From Magallana gigas (taxonomy: Eukaryota), in assembly GCF_963853765.1 (NCBI RefSeq), contig NC_088857.1, forward strand, positions 3,844,001 through 3,908,000: 64,000 nt of DNA. The letters are read 5' to 3'. Made by a program: the position numbers and the translations under genes. Shown piece by piece: positions 24,129 through 37,105 of this stretch. Each line of letters starts with the position of its first letter. The first letter of the stretch is position 1. Below the pieces are notes generated by a model. That model did no database searches. It was given only the letters and a program-made list of their open reading frames with translations, and was not told where the DNA came from.

Positions 24129-24911
24129 TTTTTATTAGATCACCTGAGCCGATTGTTCAAATGAGCTCTCTTGATCAAAATTTCTCCTTAATTTTCCTGT
24201 TGTTGTCGTTGTAAAATTTTCACATTGTCATCTTCTTCTCTAGAATTTCAACCAAACTTAGCACAACGCATCCTAGGGAGAAGGATTTCAGGGTTTTTTT
24301 TTTTACATATGGGGCCAGATCCCCTTAAAAAAGTGTAAATAATTAAGAATTATTGAAAATTTGTTGGTATTATTCAAAAATCATTTTCTCAAAACCCAAT
24401 CGGCCAAAAGAGCTGTAAAATGTGTAAACGCATCATCGGGTAGTGTAGATTCACTTTTGTTCAAATCATGATCCCAAGAGGTAGGATGAAGCAACAGTGG
24501 GGTCGAATTTTAACATAGGAATATTTAGAGAACCATCTTTAAAAACTTCTTCCTCAAAATCCTTTTTGTCAGAAAATCTTGTACTTGTGGAAGCAACGTT
24601 GGTTCGTGTAGATTCGAGTTTGTTAAAACCATGATCCTTAGGAGTAGGGTGGTGTCACGATTTGGGGGGGGGGGGGGTCAAATTTCACATAGGAATATAT
24701 TAAAGAGAAAAATCTTAAAAAATCTCAAAAACTGAAACATTAAAAGGAGCTCAATGTTTAACTCAAGAAAATGTGGACGAGATTTGAAAATGTTTATAAG
24801 CAAGATATACAAAACTCAGTTGTATTTGATACTTAAGGACGGTCTAAAGCTTCTCTGATCAGTTATGGCTATTGTTGCTCGGGTGAGAGATGTGACCCCT
24901 GGGCCTCTTGT
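24129..24911 (+). mobile_element. Helentron-like non-autonomous element (pearl/CvA-type) with internal satellite-like units
   Basis: 5' TTTATTAGATCACCTGAGC, 3' GCTCGGGTGAG subterminal inverted repeat followed by hairpin GACCCCTGGGCC-TCTTGT; two internal related units (GTGTAGATTC...AAATCATGATCC). Confidence 0.75.
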
Positions 24912-25626
24912 AATATTTATATACACGATCATCCCATCTGTTTCATACATAGTTGCTACATAATAAAGTGAAGTGACTTTTAACAAAAAAACCTTTACTT
25001 AATCATGTAGAATTGAAGGAGCAAAAATCTTTTACGTAATAATTCTATATTCTATAATTCACCTTGTTTCGGTATATACTGTATTGAGGAATAAAAAGGT
25101 GATTTGTTCATGAAAAAGTTGTTGGTAAGACCTCTAATTTATCCCTATAATCACCCCTTTCATTGTACAGTCCATCCTGTCTTTTACCAGCTGCAGCACT
25201 TATCAAATATCTACTACATGTATCTTATTTGAACAGGTTGAGCAATTCAGGTGTATTGCACTTTCTGTTTTATCTAATTTAAGCATTTCACCTATACATA
25301 GATTATTCTATCTATCTCATCATTGACGTTTCAATTGTTCTATTATTAATTTAGGCATCATTTACATGTATTATTAGCTTCCATTGTCATTGAAGTAAAC
25401 ATGTTTTGATCTATTCTTAAACCTTTTTATATCACTTGTACAACCATATAATCATTGTTCAATATTGTTCAATAAGTCACTTCTGTACGTGTTTCATTAA
25501 TTTTCCATTGAATTTCTTCTCTTGATAATGGAGGACTTCATCTTTTACCATTCCAAAATCTCATTCAATTATTTTAGTTTTGGTTCGTTGCATTGAATGA
25601 TTCAGCATTTCATTCACTCTATTGTG

Positions 25627-25837
25627 TACTGTGGTTTCATCAATATTCGTTGAATACCAATTTTCGTGGATTTCGTTGTTTAGTTGATCCACGAAATTAA
25701 ATTTTCATCGAAGTGCAATTTCTATTAACATTTTGTATTGATAGGGTCATTGGCCACGAATTTACCTAACATTGAAACTGTGATTTTCACTTCATCCACG
25801 AAAATTGATACCTTTGAATATTAATGAAACCACAGTA
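25627..25837. mobile_element. TA-flanked MITE
   Basis: TIRs TACTGTGGTTTCATCAATATTC / GAATATTAATGAAACCACAGTA; internal CCACGAA repeats. Confidence 0.85.
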
Positions 25838-26629
25838 TATATTTACGTGTACACCTAAATGACTCAATGTTTCGCTTTTTTCTTCATTGTACAGTATTCT
25901 TCTCTAGCTGACAATTTATCAGTCGCCTTATCTCCTGTCTTCACCACTGATACTTGAGGAAAGGACATTGTAACCTTTCATCATGTTCTTCCTCTCCTCA
26001 TTCTAATATCTTTAAAGGAATTAAAAAGAATTTTCTTATCATTTTGTTTTTCATTTTGAATCAAAATTGATTTAAATATCACGACTCCATAACAATATCT
26101 ATATTCACATTCGTTTCCAGTCTACAGTGTCATAGTATTTCTCTCTTAGAAATCAAAATAAATTGTACATTTTACATTTAAATATGATATTCATATTTTC
26201 TTACCCAATGTCATTATTATACATTTTTTTGTAAATTTAAACTATATATATTTAAATATTGTGATTAAACGGTAACGTTATTGTTTTTTGCATTGTAATT
26301 TTTACACCGTACTCTGAGTGAATAAGAAATCATCGGAAAGGCGTCTTTTATAAGAAGTCGCATGCAATTCATGGCAAAAATCGGAACTTTGTGAGATAAT
26401 ACTGCTGTAAATGAAGGTATTTATGCAGATTAAGTAGTCCCGATCTAAATGTATAGATATACCGGTATCCAAACTTTCCACGCGATTGCATTTCGTATAA
26501 TCACTTCATCAGCGTTAATTAAACTTCGGGAAAGAAAAAAAGAAAAGTTAATCGGTCAAATATATGTGAAAGCTACCATATTTTCCAGCAATAAACTTTC
26601 TAATTTATGTTTTTGCCAATGATTAGAGG

Positions 26630-26930
26630 TTTTCCTCTCGAGGCGGCTTGACCCGGGGACTGATGGATGAGACGAACGCTTCTCAATATTAGATGGAGTG
26701 GCGGTGATCCATCAGGACCGGGCTTTGATCAGGGACGGCGACCGCAGCTCCGTGGTCCCTCACAGAGGACTGGTAGTCCTGGGCAGCCACCGGGAACCGG
26801 GGACCCACGCAGGCGCGAATGATGCATGGCCCACGAACAACACTAGCACGACACCCCCCTGTCAGAGGGGTTACAACACTGGACCCCATAACCCCGTCCC
26901 CCTCACGTACTCATCTGTTACGCAGGAATT
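26630..26930. other. GC-rich island of unknown origin (possible retroelement LTR-like fragment or regulatory element)
   Basis: Sharp GC increase over the AT-rich flanks; contains an inverted CTGATGGAT pair; ORFs have no recognisable motif. Confidence 0.4.
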
Positions 26931-27439
26931 TTTCCGATTTAGGTTATGGTATAGGCATATACAGGTAGTGAGTATTCTTACTACAGGATTTGTGAACTAT
27001 AACAAGTCGGAGTAAGAGACATTTCCGTTTCAATCTATAAACAGAGATTGTATTTCGAGTTCTTAATTTACAAAATTACTTACCTTTCGAGATATTTGTA
27101 TAATTAAGTCAAATACAGTTATATCAACATATCAACAGATGAAATTTTACAAAAAGTTACTGAAAAAAGTTATCATTAGAAAATATAAAGTTTAAGTACA
27201 AAACAAAACGAGTGCCGTTTTCTCGCATGAAATATTAAAATCATTTAATTTAAGCGTGGCCATGTTACATGTTTTATAAACATATTTAATCATTGATAAC
27301 CCAGAAGGATACTAGTATACAACAGACAAAAGTCTTTTTAAACCTTCTGTCATGTTGAAAATTTTGAATGCAATTTTTTTTTTTTTGGGGGGGGGGGGGA
27401 ATTGAATTTACACCACGCCATTTAATTAAAAAGAAGATG

Positions 27440-28170
27440 GGGGAATAAGATGGCGCAAATGCCCATTCGGTTTAGTGGTGAAATACAATTTTGAATTCAT
27501 TTTTTTCCAATTAAATCTATTCAAATATATTATAATACAAGTTTGCAAAAGCACAATTTCTAACTATATTCAGTTTTTAATATATTTAACAAAAGATAAG
27601 AGACAAAAATATTGCCAGAAAATTTTGCGGTATCGAAACCATAACATAAAAACCCTAGATATTAAAGGTTAGCTTATGTCGGGTACTCTAACCACTGAGC
27701 CATTTCAGACATAACAATGTAGGCTGTTTAAATATTATGTGTGACTTCAACCACGAGTTTACGGACTTGTATTATTTTTTTTCAAAACGTTCAATTGTTT
27801 GGATACAAAATGATATTTTTAATGTATAGTGGGTCATCTCTCCACGTTTTTGTGGATTGAAATCGGTTTGTTTTCCAATAGACCTTATTTAGACTATGAG
27901 AAAATATGGAGCAAAGACCCACTTTATGTATGAAAGAAAATGTCTTGAAGTTCTAAAAAATGACAGTATTTGCAGGTTTTGATACGTATACGCCTGTTTG
28001 AGTCAACATATTCCAAGTATTGAACATGTTTATAGGTTAAAAATCAATGATATGTTAAATGTATATTGTTTTAAATGATTTTTTAAAAATATATCAGATT
28101 TGTTGATATTTTTAAAATTTTTCAGTAGCTTGTCCGACCGTGTATGGGCATTTCACACGCCTTATCCACC
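27440..28170. mobile_element. Probable degenerate TIR element carrying a tRNA-like A/B-box cassette
   Basis: AAATGCCCAT (27457) / ATGGGCATTT (28144) inverted pair with weak flanking similarity; minus-strand A-box TGGCTCAGTGG (27692-27702) and B-box-like GTTTCGATACC (27629-27639). Confidence 0.35.
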
Positions 28171-29659
28171 CATCCTCTTTATAACATGACACTTCTTTCA
28201 AATAGAAATTCAATTTGTTGAAATCTTATACATCATGATAAAGTGTTGTCAGTCTACAGATTTATAATGTTTTGAACTTTGTGTACATAAAATGAAAAAT
28301 TAAATTATCTTAGGTTTACTACATAGAAGCTGTATTTATAATTTATTTATTGTCTCTATATGCGGATTCATATCAACATGTATAATGTACATATATAAAC
28401 GCTGCCAACTTCATTCACACTCACAATTATACAAAGAAATTGTTTGGTTTTTTTTACGATCCAGTCCGCTTGAAAAGAAGAACTTTTTATACAATCAACA
28501 ACGAAAAAACAATATGTATTTATAATCGTTAACAATAGTCATACGTAAATCCAAAACCCTTATAAGCTCCGCTGTAGTTCAACACATAGAACATAATATT
28601 TCAGTTTAAGCTGTATGCAAATCTGATCGAGCTGCCATGAAGAATAAGACTTATATGAAAGGGAACACCAAAGCCATTGAATTGCTGCATAAGCGTATCT
28701 CTCAGTTGAGTTTAGTTTGGACATTACAGAAAACAATGGATGCTTTTCCTCGGATTCGAACGTTTACCTAAAATATAAAAACCCAGTCAATATTTGAAGT
28801 TTTAGACGTTGTATATTAAAAACAAAACTTGCTACAATAATGATTTTGTGTATGTTTGAACGACAATTCTCTGGTGATTTTTTCCACACAGAAAATGAAT
28901 TTTTGTGTTTCGTGCTTTTCAGAATTTTTCAAGATATATCAAGTTTCTGTCTTTGACACACTTTTCACGATTACATACTTAAACCAATGTCTCTGTCTTT
29001 TGCACGTATTATAGAAATCAAAATTTATAATTTTGCCTATACATTTAAAACACTTTCTCAGGTCTGATTCATTTATGATAAGGTTTGCATATTCCGTGCG
29101 TGCACATACGTAACTAAAATCATTTTTTTTCTAATTCGTTTAGATTTAAACCCCTTTCAAAACACGAATTAACAAGAGCCATCACCAATTACCAGGAAGT
29201 GAGCATCCAACCCATATTTTCTACCTAAAGAACAAAGGTTGTAACAACTCTCTGGACATTTAGTTTTCGCTCCATACATGTACCTGTGGGCACCAGGTTT
29301 TTAGTTATTTTTTATTCCCTTCCAAGAATGGAAAAATAAAAGTGTTGCATATACATGTATTGACAAATACATGCAATCGGAAAATAATAAGAGAATATTT
29401 TGTTTTTGTTAGTTTGCTATAAAGATTTATTCAAATATGTAGTTAAAGATATAACATTCACGTAAAAATATAATATGATAGAAAACGATAAATGAGGTAT
29501 GATTTCACTGATCTGATTTTGTCTAATTTTCTCAGATTACTTAGATTGAATCATTCCGTGCCTAAACGAGAGAATGCCTGTTCTTTGCAACTCGAAAGTT
29601 TAATAGAGCTATTGGAAGTTGAATAACATGACCGAAGTAAAAAGTTAAAACTAATGCGT

Positions 29660-29799
29660 NNNNNNNNNNNNNNNNNNNNNNNNNNNNNNNNNNNNNNNNN
29701 NNNNNNNNNNNNNNNNNNNNNNNNNNNNNNNNNNNNNNNNNNNNNNNNNNNNNNNNNNNNNNNNNNNNNNNNNNNNNNNNNNNNNNNNNNNNNNNNNNN
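29660..29799. other. Assembly gap
   Basis: 140 consecutive N. Confidence 0.99.
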
Positions 29800-30528
29800 C
29801 TCTGTAGGAGTTGATTGATCATTCCGTCCCTCGGTAATGTATCGCCGATCGTTGACATGTAGAATCAGGGAGGGGTCATTTCAGGCTATGGGGATAACAC
29901 ATCTAGCGAAGTCAGTCTAACACTACTATTGTCTTTTTTTTACTTTCTGTCATGTTTTTTTTGGAAAAGAACTTTCGACGCGTAAAACTTCACTTCTTAC
30001 AGAACTCATATATTTTCCTTGAATATCACATCGCACAAAAAAAAACCCTTGCTTTAAACCACAAAAATCGGTTGTGATACTCTCTTTATGTTTAGTCAAA
30101 CAATTGTACATTATATGAATTGTTATATGAATTTATGAATTTTTAAAAATCTTGATAAAATCCGTGGAAAATAAATAAATAAATAACATCATAACTACCA
30201 CTTTATTGAATTCAGGAGAAATTTTCGTGTTCTTTTATGTCACACATGTATCTTTTCAACTCATGATATAGTCGAATCTATTGATCGAGTTTGCAAAAGA
30301 ACTAAGATTACCAGGTATATACATACTAGTATCCGGTTTTAATATAATATAGATCATATCAGTGGTTTTGATTAATTGTTATTCAAAATTTCTAGAACTA
30401 TACTGGTAATCTTTTTTTTTCTTTTTGTTATTATACGAAGCATATTGTTTTTAAAAACCTTATCTTTAAATACATGGTAATTATAACTTGAGAAGATAAA
30501 TTATAATTAAGATTTCTAGAAATAAAGG

Positions 30529-30891
30529 AATGTGGTATAATCTTTGTAATAAATGTGGTTTACACTATGTTATAAATGTGGTATACACTATGTTAAAAAT
30601 GTGGTATACACTATGTTATGAATGTGGTATACACTATGTAATATGTGGTATACACTATGTAATAAATGTGGTATACACTATGTAATATGTGGTATACACT
30701 ATATTATAAATGTGGTATACACTATGTTATAAATGTGGTATACACTATGTTATAAATGTGGTATACACTTTGTTATAAATGTGGTACACACTATGTTATA
30801 AATGTGGTAAACATTATGTTATAAATGTGGTATACACTATGTAATATGTGGTATACACTATGTTATAAATGTGGTATACACTATGTTATAA
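30529..30891. repeat. 21/23-bp minisatellite, about 16 copies
   Basis: Unit ATAAATGTGGTATACACTATGTT with a 21-bp variant AATATGTGGTATACACTATGT. Confidence 0.95.
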
Positions 30892-31381
30892 AATTTCCCT
30901 TTATAGAATGCTTGTTATGCAACAGATAGTAAATCGTAATGGCTAGTAAACCTAAAAGAAACCTGATAATTAATGGTGGAAAATAAATATACCACGACAA
31001 AAAGTGGCACCTAAGTGGTGTAAATTAAGACAAGGGCGGCACCTACACAGTTCTCTGACCTTTTCCTTTGACAAATTACCTCTAGGACAAAGTCCAAGGT
31101 CATTTTCATCCACTGACCGACAAAAATGATAAAAACATTCAGAGGTTATTGCACCAAAGTTATTTTATTGCTCGCTGATCAAAATAGATAAACAAAAAAA
31201 ACTGATATATAAATAATCATGTTTTCTTCATAAAATTCAATAAATATATATATCCACTTGAGCTAATATGTTCCACATGCAGTTGACAGTTACGTATAGA
31301 TCAAAATAACCCTGTGACAAAACGACCATTGTTATGAACTAACACAATTGGAATCAGGTTGGTCTGCGATAAGACAAAACA

Positions 31382-31556
31382 TACAGTAGAACACGGATAC
31401 ATCTAACACTCATAACGAATTACGCTCACAGTCAATTCACTTCTATCTTCCTTATTTTAGAATTGTATTAAATTATTTTTTTTCAATATCACGTGACGAA
31501 TCACTTTTTAAAAATCGGACGCTTTTGACACATCGTTCAAACAGGGTTTTACTGTA
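31382..31556. mobile_element. Short mariner/pogo-type MITE
   Basis: TA|CAGTAGAACACGG ... CAGGGTTTTACTG|TA ends. Confidence 0.65.
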
Positions 31557-32528
31557 CTGGTATTTTGATTCGGAGTCACTGTGATTAGGTTTAAATGTAC
31601 AATAACAATCTTAATGAACTGCAAAAATCTAAAATATATTTTCAGCTAAATAAACAGGATTTAGTATTTCAAATTTATATTGAAACTTTCCGATACATGT
31701 TTGAACGTAAAACTTTGGTTTCAATCATATTATCAGTTACTTGAATATTTTTTTCGACGGTTTTGAAGTTGCAGTACACTTGGAGCAGACAACCAGATGA
31801 GATTTGGAATGTTTGAATCTTTGAACGACTTTAATGAACACATATGGATATAAATAAGACAGGTTTGACGTGCATCACAAAGAACGGGGATCTACTGCCT
31901 AGTCTGTGTGGTATACATTATGCTTTATTCATGAGTAAACTAATCAGACCAGGCTTATAAAACGCTGGTCACCAAAAAAAAACATTTGTAGGAAACACAA
32001 AAAATCATAATTATCCCTCCTATATGACTAGTACAAATGGCAAATCTAGAAATCACTGCTGGCCGAGCAACCCTCGGAAAGCCTCGGGCCATATCAAAAT
32101 ATAAAGGATAAAAGCTTTATATCAGTTATAACATAATAATCAGATATCAATATCTGACTATATTATACTATGGTTATACGTGTGTGTTCTATATATGATA
32201 GAACTAAGTTTTTATGTTGGATAAACTACAACAATGAGGTTTTATAGTAATAAACACCCTGTAAGACTTCGCATGGTTTGAGCAATGAAAAATGACAGAA
32301 AAAATGATTGTTTTAGACAAAAAAAGTCTTGCGAATAAAATTCACACAAAAGGGACAGTAATCGGGGACTGCATCATTGACGACGGTGAAAGTGAGAGAC
32401 ACGGACTCCATGAACAAGCTTCCACTTGTCAATTCGTACAACAGCAATAAACAGGAACGTATTGCACCATTGTAAAAATAGCACTCATATTCTCACAGAC
32501 TACGGGTACACTCGCTCTTTGGAATCAG

Positions 32529-32863
32529 TTATCTCCCCTCCTGACATAGAGACATGGCGGTCATAGTTAGTCCATCAAGTCCGCTCAGTGAGCAGTTATC
32601 GCCCCTGTTCTGATCAAACTGAGCCTCACGGAGGCGCTTTTTCTGCTTCATCCGTCTGTTTTGGAACCAGATTTTCACTTGAGTTTCGTTTAGTCCAAGC
32701 GCCGCGGCGATCTCGATTCGGCGAGCGCGTGTCAGGTACTTGTTGAAATGGAACTCTTTCTCGAGCTCCGTAAGCTGTTTATTCGTGAAGTTTGTTCGTC
32801 CCATATTAGGCTGTGGAGTCCCGGGGGTGGAGGGATACCCATATTCATTGGTTTGTTTCGTCA
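32529..32863 (-). CDS. Hox1: Hox1/labial exon 2 (homeodomain)
   Basis: [59 protein letters not shown] is a paralog-group-1 homeodomain. Acceptor CCTTTTCTTTACAG (AG 32865-32864), phase 1, compatible with exon 1. Confidence 0.97.
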
Positions 32864-35804
32864 CTGTAAAGAAAAGGAGGTATACATTAAACTAATGTTT
32901 TTTTTAAATTGTGTGTTGACAACATGGCTGAAAAAACTGATTAAAAAATCAACAACAGAAGAAATATTTTATATTTGAAGAGTAATTTGTAAGTATATGT
33001 GTGTATGGTTGTTGAGTGTTAGGGATAATTTTATAAATTGGATCAACAAGAGAAGATATCTTTTGAAGCCAACTGGCCGTTAGAGGCCTTGTGTGTTCGC
33101 TGCTCTCTGTGAGCGACTCCCCCCATACAGTGGACACCAACCACCGGCAACCACAGACTGCAGATATACTGTCTAACCGGTCATTAATTCAGACACAGAA
33201 AGTGACCACAACATATATAATGATATAAATTCCTCACAGAAGCAACAATATGCAACGCGTGTACAAACAGGCGAGAACCACAGCTAAAGCAAACAACAGA
33301 AAATCATTTTCCTTTCGTTTTCATTTTTAAAGAATCGTATAAATTTTGATGCAATGTGAAATTATCATGCATGCGTGAAATATATATTTTATAGAAGATA
33401 ATATAGAAATTAAAATAGTTGTTTCAAACTTTTATTTTAATTCGCCATTTTCACATTTCTCGAAAACACAGATCAGGAAATGTTCTACAGAAGTGAGAGA
33501 ATAAAACAAACAAGTTTTCCGTGTTTTTGAGGTAAGGTTCTATAAATCAACAGGTATCGGTAGGAACCAACCACTTCTGAAGTTCCATTAATTCAAGTGG
33601 CCCTCCACCCTTTTTGTATGCAGTATTTGAATTATTCAAATCAAGTCAGATATAAAGACAATCCCCAATCCCTGTCTAATCACCCACGGTAATGAATTCC
33701 ATTTATCATAAATTCTCCTTTGATCTTTTTTCACAGTTCGATCTATTAATAACAATAGAAAACCCTTTATATTTTAGGTTTGATTGCACACAGCGATCAG
33801 ATTGCCGTACAGACGTACAATGCCTCGTCATACCAGTGTACAGTACGTGTACATTCTAGATTACGACTTAATACCCGTCAGCGCTTCCGGGAATCCCATA
33901 TAACCCGTTATAACCTCTTTTTATGCCTAGCGAGGGCCATATTTATACCCAATATTATTACGATCGGAAGATATTATTTGGAGAATCGGAAAACCATGGT
34001 CATAAATAATAAACATACAAAAAGTGCCTAAATAACTTGTCTAATAATAATAGAATTATTAATAAGGTCGCGACATTATGCAGATTATGTATGTATGCTA
34101 AGCCTGAGACACGGGGACTAAAGCTACCATAACCGCAGGTATAAACAATCCCGGGAGACTTAAATATTTATATCATATGCAGATGACTTCGCCCTTAAAT
34201 ATATCAAAGGATTTTCGATTCCATAAAATATTTCAGGTGACACCGGCGTGTCAATCTCGTCTTGTTAGCAGGGGCCTCCAAATCTTCTGACTTTCTGACA
34301 GACTAATTAACTCCTACATGCATGACAATGGAGCGCTCAGAAAATGTGCACCATCATGCTTATCTTATATAACGGATTTGTTTATTATATATACTGATAG
34401 ATCTAAATACTGTTCAAACAACATCGATGGTCGTAGCCATTTTAAGGCTATATTAATCTCCTTGAAAAAAGGCAGTCTGTATAAACCTATAGGAAAATAC
34501 TGCAATTTTAAAGCTTAAATATAGATATATGGAATTTTACATCAGCAAATCAAGGTTTTGTACTTAAAACATATCTAATTAAGGTGATCTGTAATCTGTT
34601 GACTACCAAGCCTCCTCAGACATACTAAACATACTAGATTATCTAAATAATTGTAAAATTGTCTACAGATGCAATACAATATTGTAATTAAATAAATTTC
34701 GAAGAGTTATTAAAAACCCTAGAATAATTCTTTTCACTCCCCCCCCCCCCCCCCCAAAAAAAAAAACAACAAAAAACAAAGAATTTAACAAACTATTGTG
34801 ATATTTACTTTTCACCGCAAAAATGTATCAAAATACATAGATGTATGATTGAAATTAATTGTACACAAAATAAAAGGCTTCACAACTTATGTTGAGAAAT
34901 AAATATTCACTGTAAAATTGTAAAGGTATTTATCAGTATTTTGAATTTGATTTATCTTGAATATTTTGTTCGTATAAATGACCTCTTTTGACCCCAAATC
35001 CAGGACAACTCTAGAACCGAGACAAAGTCTCAAGGCCCATTTGTTAAAAGGGACCAAAAAAGTCTTTAATTTATGGAAAAACAATCTTTGTGATCAGAAA
35101 ATACTTTTTGTACGGAGTCTCCGTCACAGCGAGGGGGTAGGGGGGAAGGGACGGGTTAATTATGGTCTTGATGAGGCAGTGTGTGTAGAATTATCGCCGG
35201 ATTATTAGAATCTGTCAGCGAGTGATTAACGAGTTCCAACCATTATCATTCTAAAAAGGTTGTCGGGGAAAAATACACAGTTAGAAAAGATCTCAATTTG
35301 CTGAGGAAAAAACTCACAGTAAATTAGAATAACATTCTGATTTGGTACTCTTGTAGCGTCTTAGATGTATATTTAGAATGAAAAAAAAAATGCAATTTTT
35401 AAAATCATAAGGTTATTCAAATTCATCGCAACCCTTGATACCATAAAAAATATGAATAATTTGATTTGCAGAGAAAAACTGTTCAGTTTTTCACGGATTT
35501 ACTCAAATTGAATCAGGGCATTGTGATCGCGATTTCTTAACAGTTTTCTCCTTTTATGAAAATATCCTTCATTTTCAGGTGTGCATGCGCAAATTTACGA
35601 ATTTATTGTTTCTTACTCAGAGAGGCAAGAAACAATAAAATTTATTAGCATTTAAAGAAAAAGTAGTATTCAGTGGAGCTGAAAGTGATATTTTCTTTTG
35701 ATAGTCGGTGAGATGTCCTGCTGGAGCCATTGTCTGTTCTCCTGATTAGGCCTTTCGCTCTGAGAGCTGGGCGCATGTTTTCGCGATCAACCTTTGTGGA
35801 GTCC

Positions 35805-35823
35805 ATTCATCATCATCTGACAG
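35805..35823. promoter_or_regulatory. Candidate Pbx/Hox plus Meis site pair
   Basis: TGATGAAT (minus, 35805-35812) lies 5 bp from TGACAG (35818-35823). Confidence 0.3.
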
Positions 35824-36089
35824 TGAAATAATCACATTAAGTTTAATTTCTGTGTGAAAATTAACTCGAACCCCCCGCCTTACGTGTTAGCGACTGAATC
35901 ACCACTCGCGACACACACAAAAAATCCATATCTTCCAAAAAAGAATCCAGAATAGTTACATGTAGATACTTGATTTAAACAAAAAAATCTGTCATTATGA
36001 TTTTTTTCGTAAAATTCTTTTTATTTAATAAACAGTCATATGGATCCACAAATGCATTTAACAAAACAGTCTCTGGTTTCTTATTATTT

Positions 36090-36300
36090 GTGTCAGGAGT
36101 TCGTGGGATAAACCATTGACGCATTAAGGAGTTCTGGCAGGAAGTGTCCGCCTTCCGTTACCAGTAATCTCCCTTGTGTGTTCCCGAACCCGATGTGATA
36201 AATAGCCATTGTACAAACTGTGTGACCGAAACGTTTAAGAATCAAGATAATTTCATTTAAAAACCCCTGGTGGCTCAAAAAAAGATTTTCCCTTGTCATA
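36090..36300 (-). mobile_element. Highly degraded Penelope-like 3' remnant
   Basis: Translation LSHQGFLNEIILILKRFGH resembles the PLE RT C-terminus seen at 17387-17500; the downstream GGACACTTCCTGCCAGAACTCC resembles the PLE flank motif. Confidence 0.3.
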
Positions 36301-37105
36301 TTTAGTTGTTTTGACTTTCAACAGAATGCATTCAACAAAGTTGAAAAGAATAGCAAGGAGTGTAAGAATTTTTCCCCTTGAATGATGAATAGTTCAGAAT
36401 ATTAAATATTAATTCTCTCGTTAATTAAGAAAACAATTTATTTCGTTTTCATTGCAGAAAAATAACTACAAGTTTTTGTAAAATATATTTTGCATAACAA
36501 AGTTTTGAAATGCAGCTATTGAAAAAAAAATATTTAAAGCATTTAACAGAAATAATACAGGCTAGCAATTTCTGGTTTCCTGGCTTTTGAACTTGAGAAA
36601 TTATTAAATCCTATTTAACATTTTCCGACTCCCCAAATCAGCGCAGACCATCAACGTTTTTTGGGCATTAAATTATTTAACCTCATAGCAAAAGAAATTA
36701 TTTGAATTGAAAACAACCATTGCTCGTGTGCATTAAAATTGGGATCCACCAAATGGCTTAATAAACATTCATCATATTTCTTTTTCATTACTAAAGCTTT
36801 ATGTTATCAACTGATAAAAAAGTATAATTGTTTCCGAAAAGATAAGGTTTTTATGATATATGTTTTCTTATAATTCTCTCCTCCTCTCTTTATTTTATTT
36901 AATTTTTTTAAGGGGGGGGGGTTACTAACAAAATATTGTTTTAGTGTGTTAAAGCAAAACATGTTTTTGTTCACGCCTACAACACGGAACTGGTCAAACA
37001 CTACTAGCACGTGTAGGATCCTTCGCATACAGTCCCGATATGCTTACATACACTCACATGGGTAACATGCAAACTTCCGCTGTATCTTTGGTTTGTTGCG
37101 GAATC

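Noticed and set aside
32864-32864. ORF-track start MTKQ for the homeobox ORF
   Set aside because: The GTG is formed by the acceptor G plus exon bases; the real start is in exon 1 at 44787.
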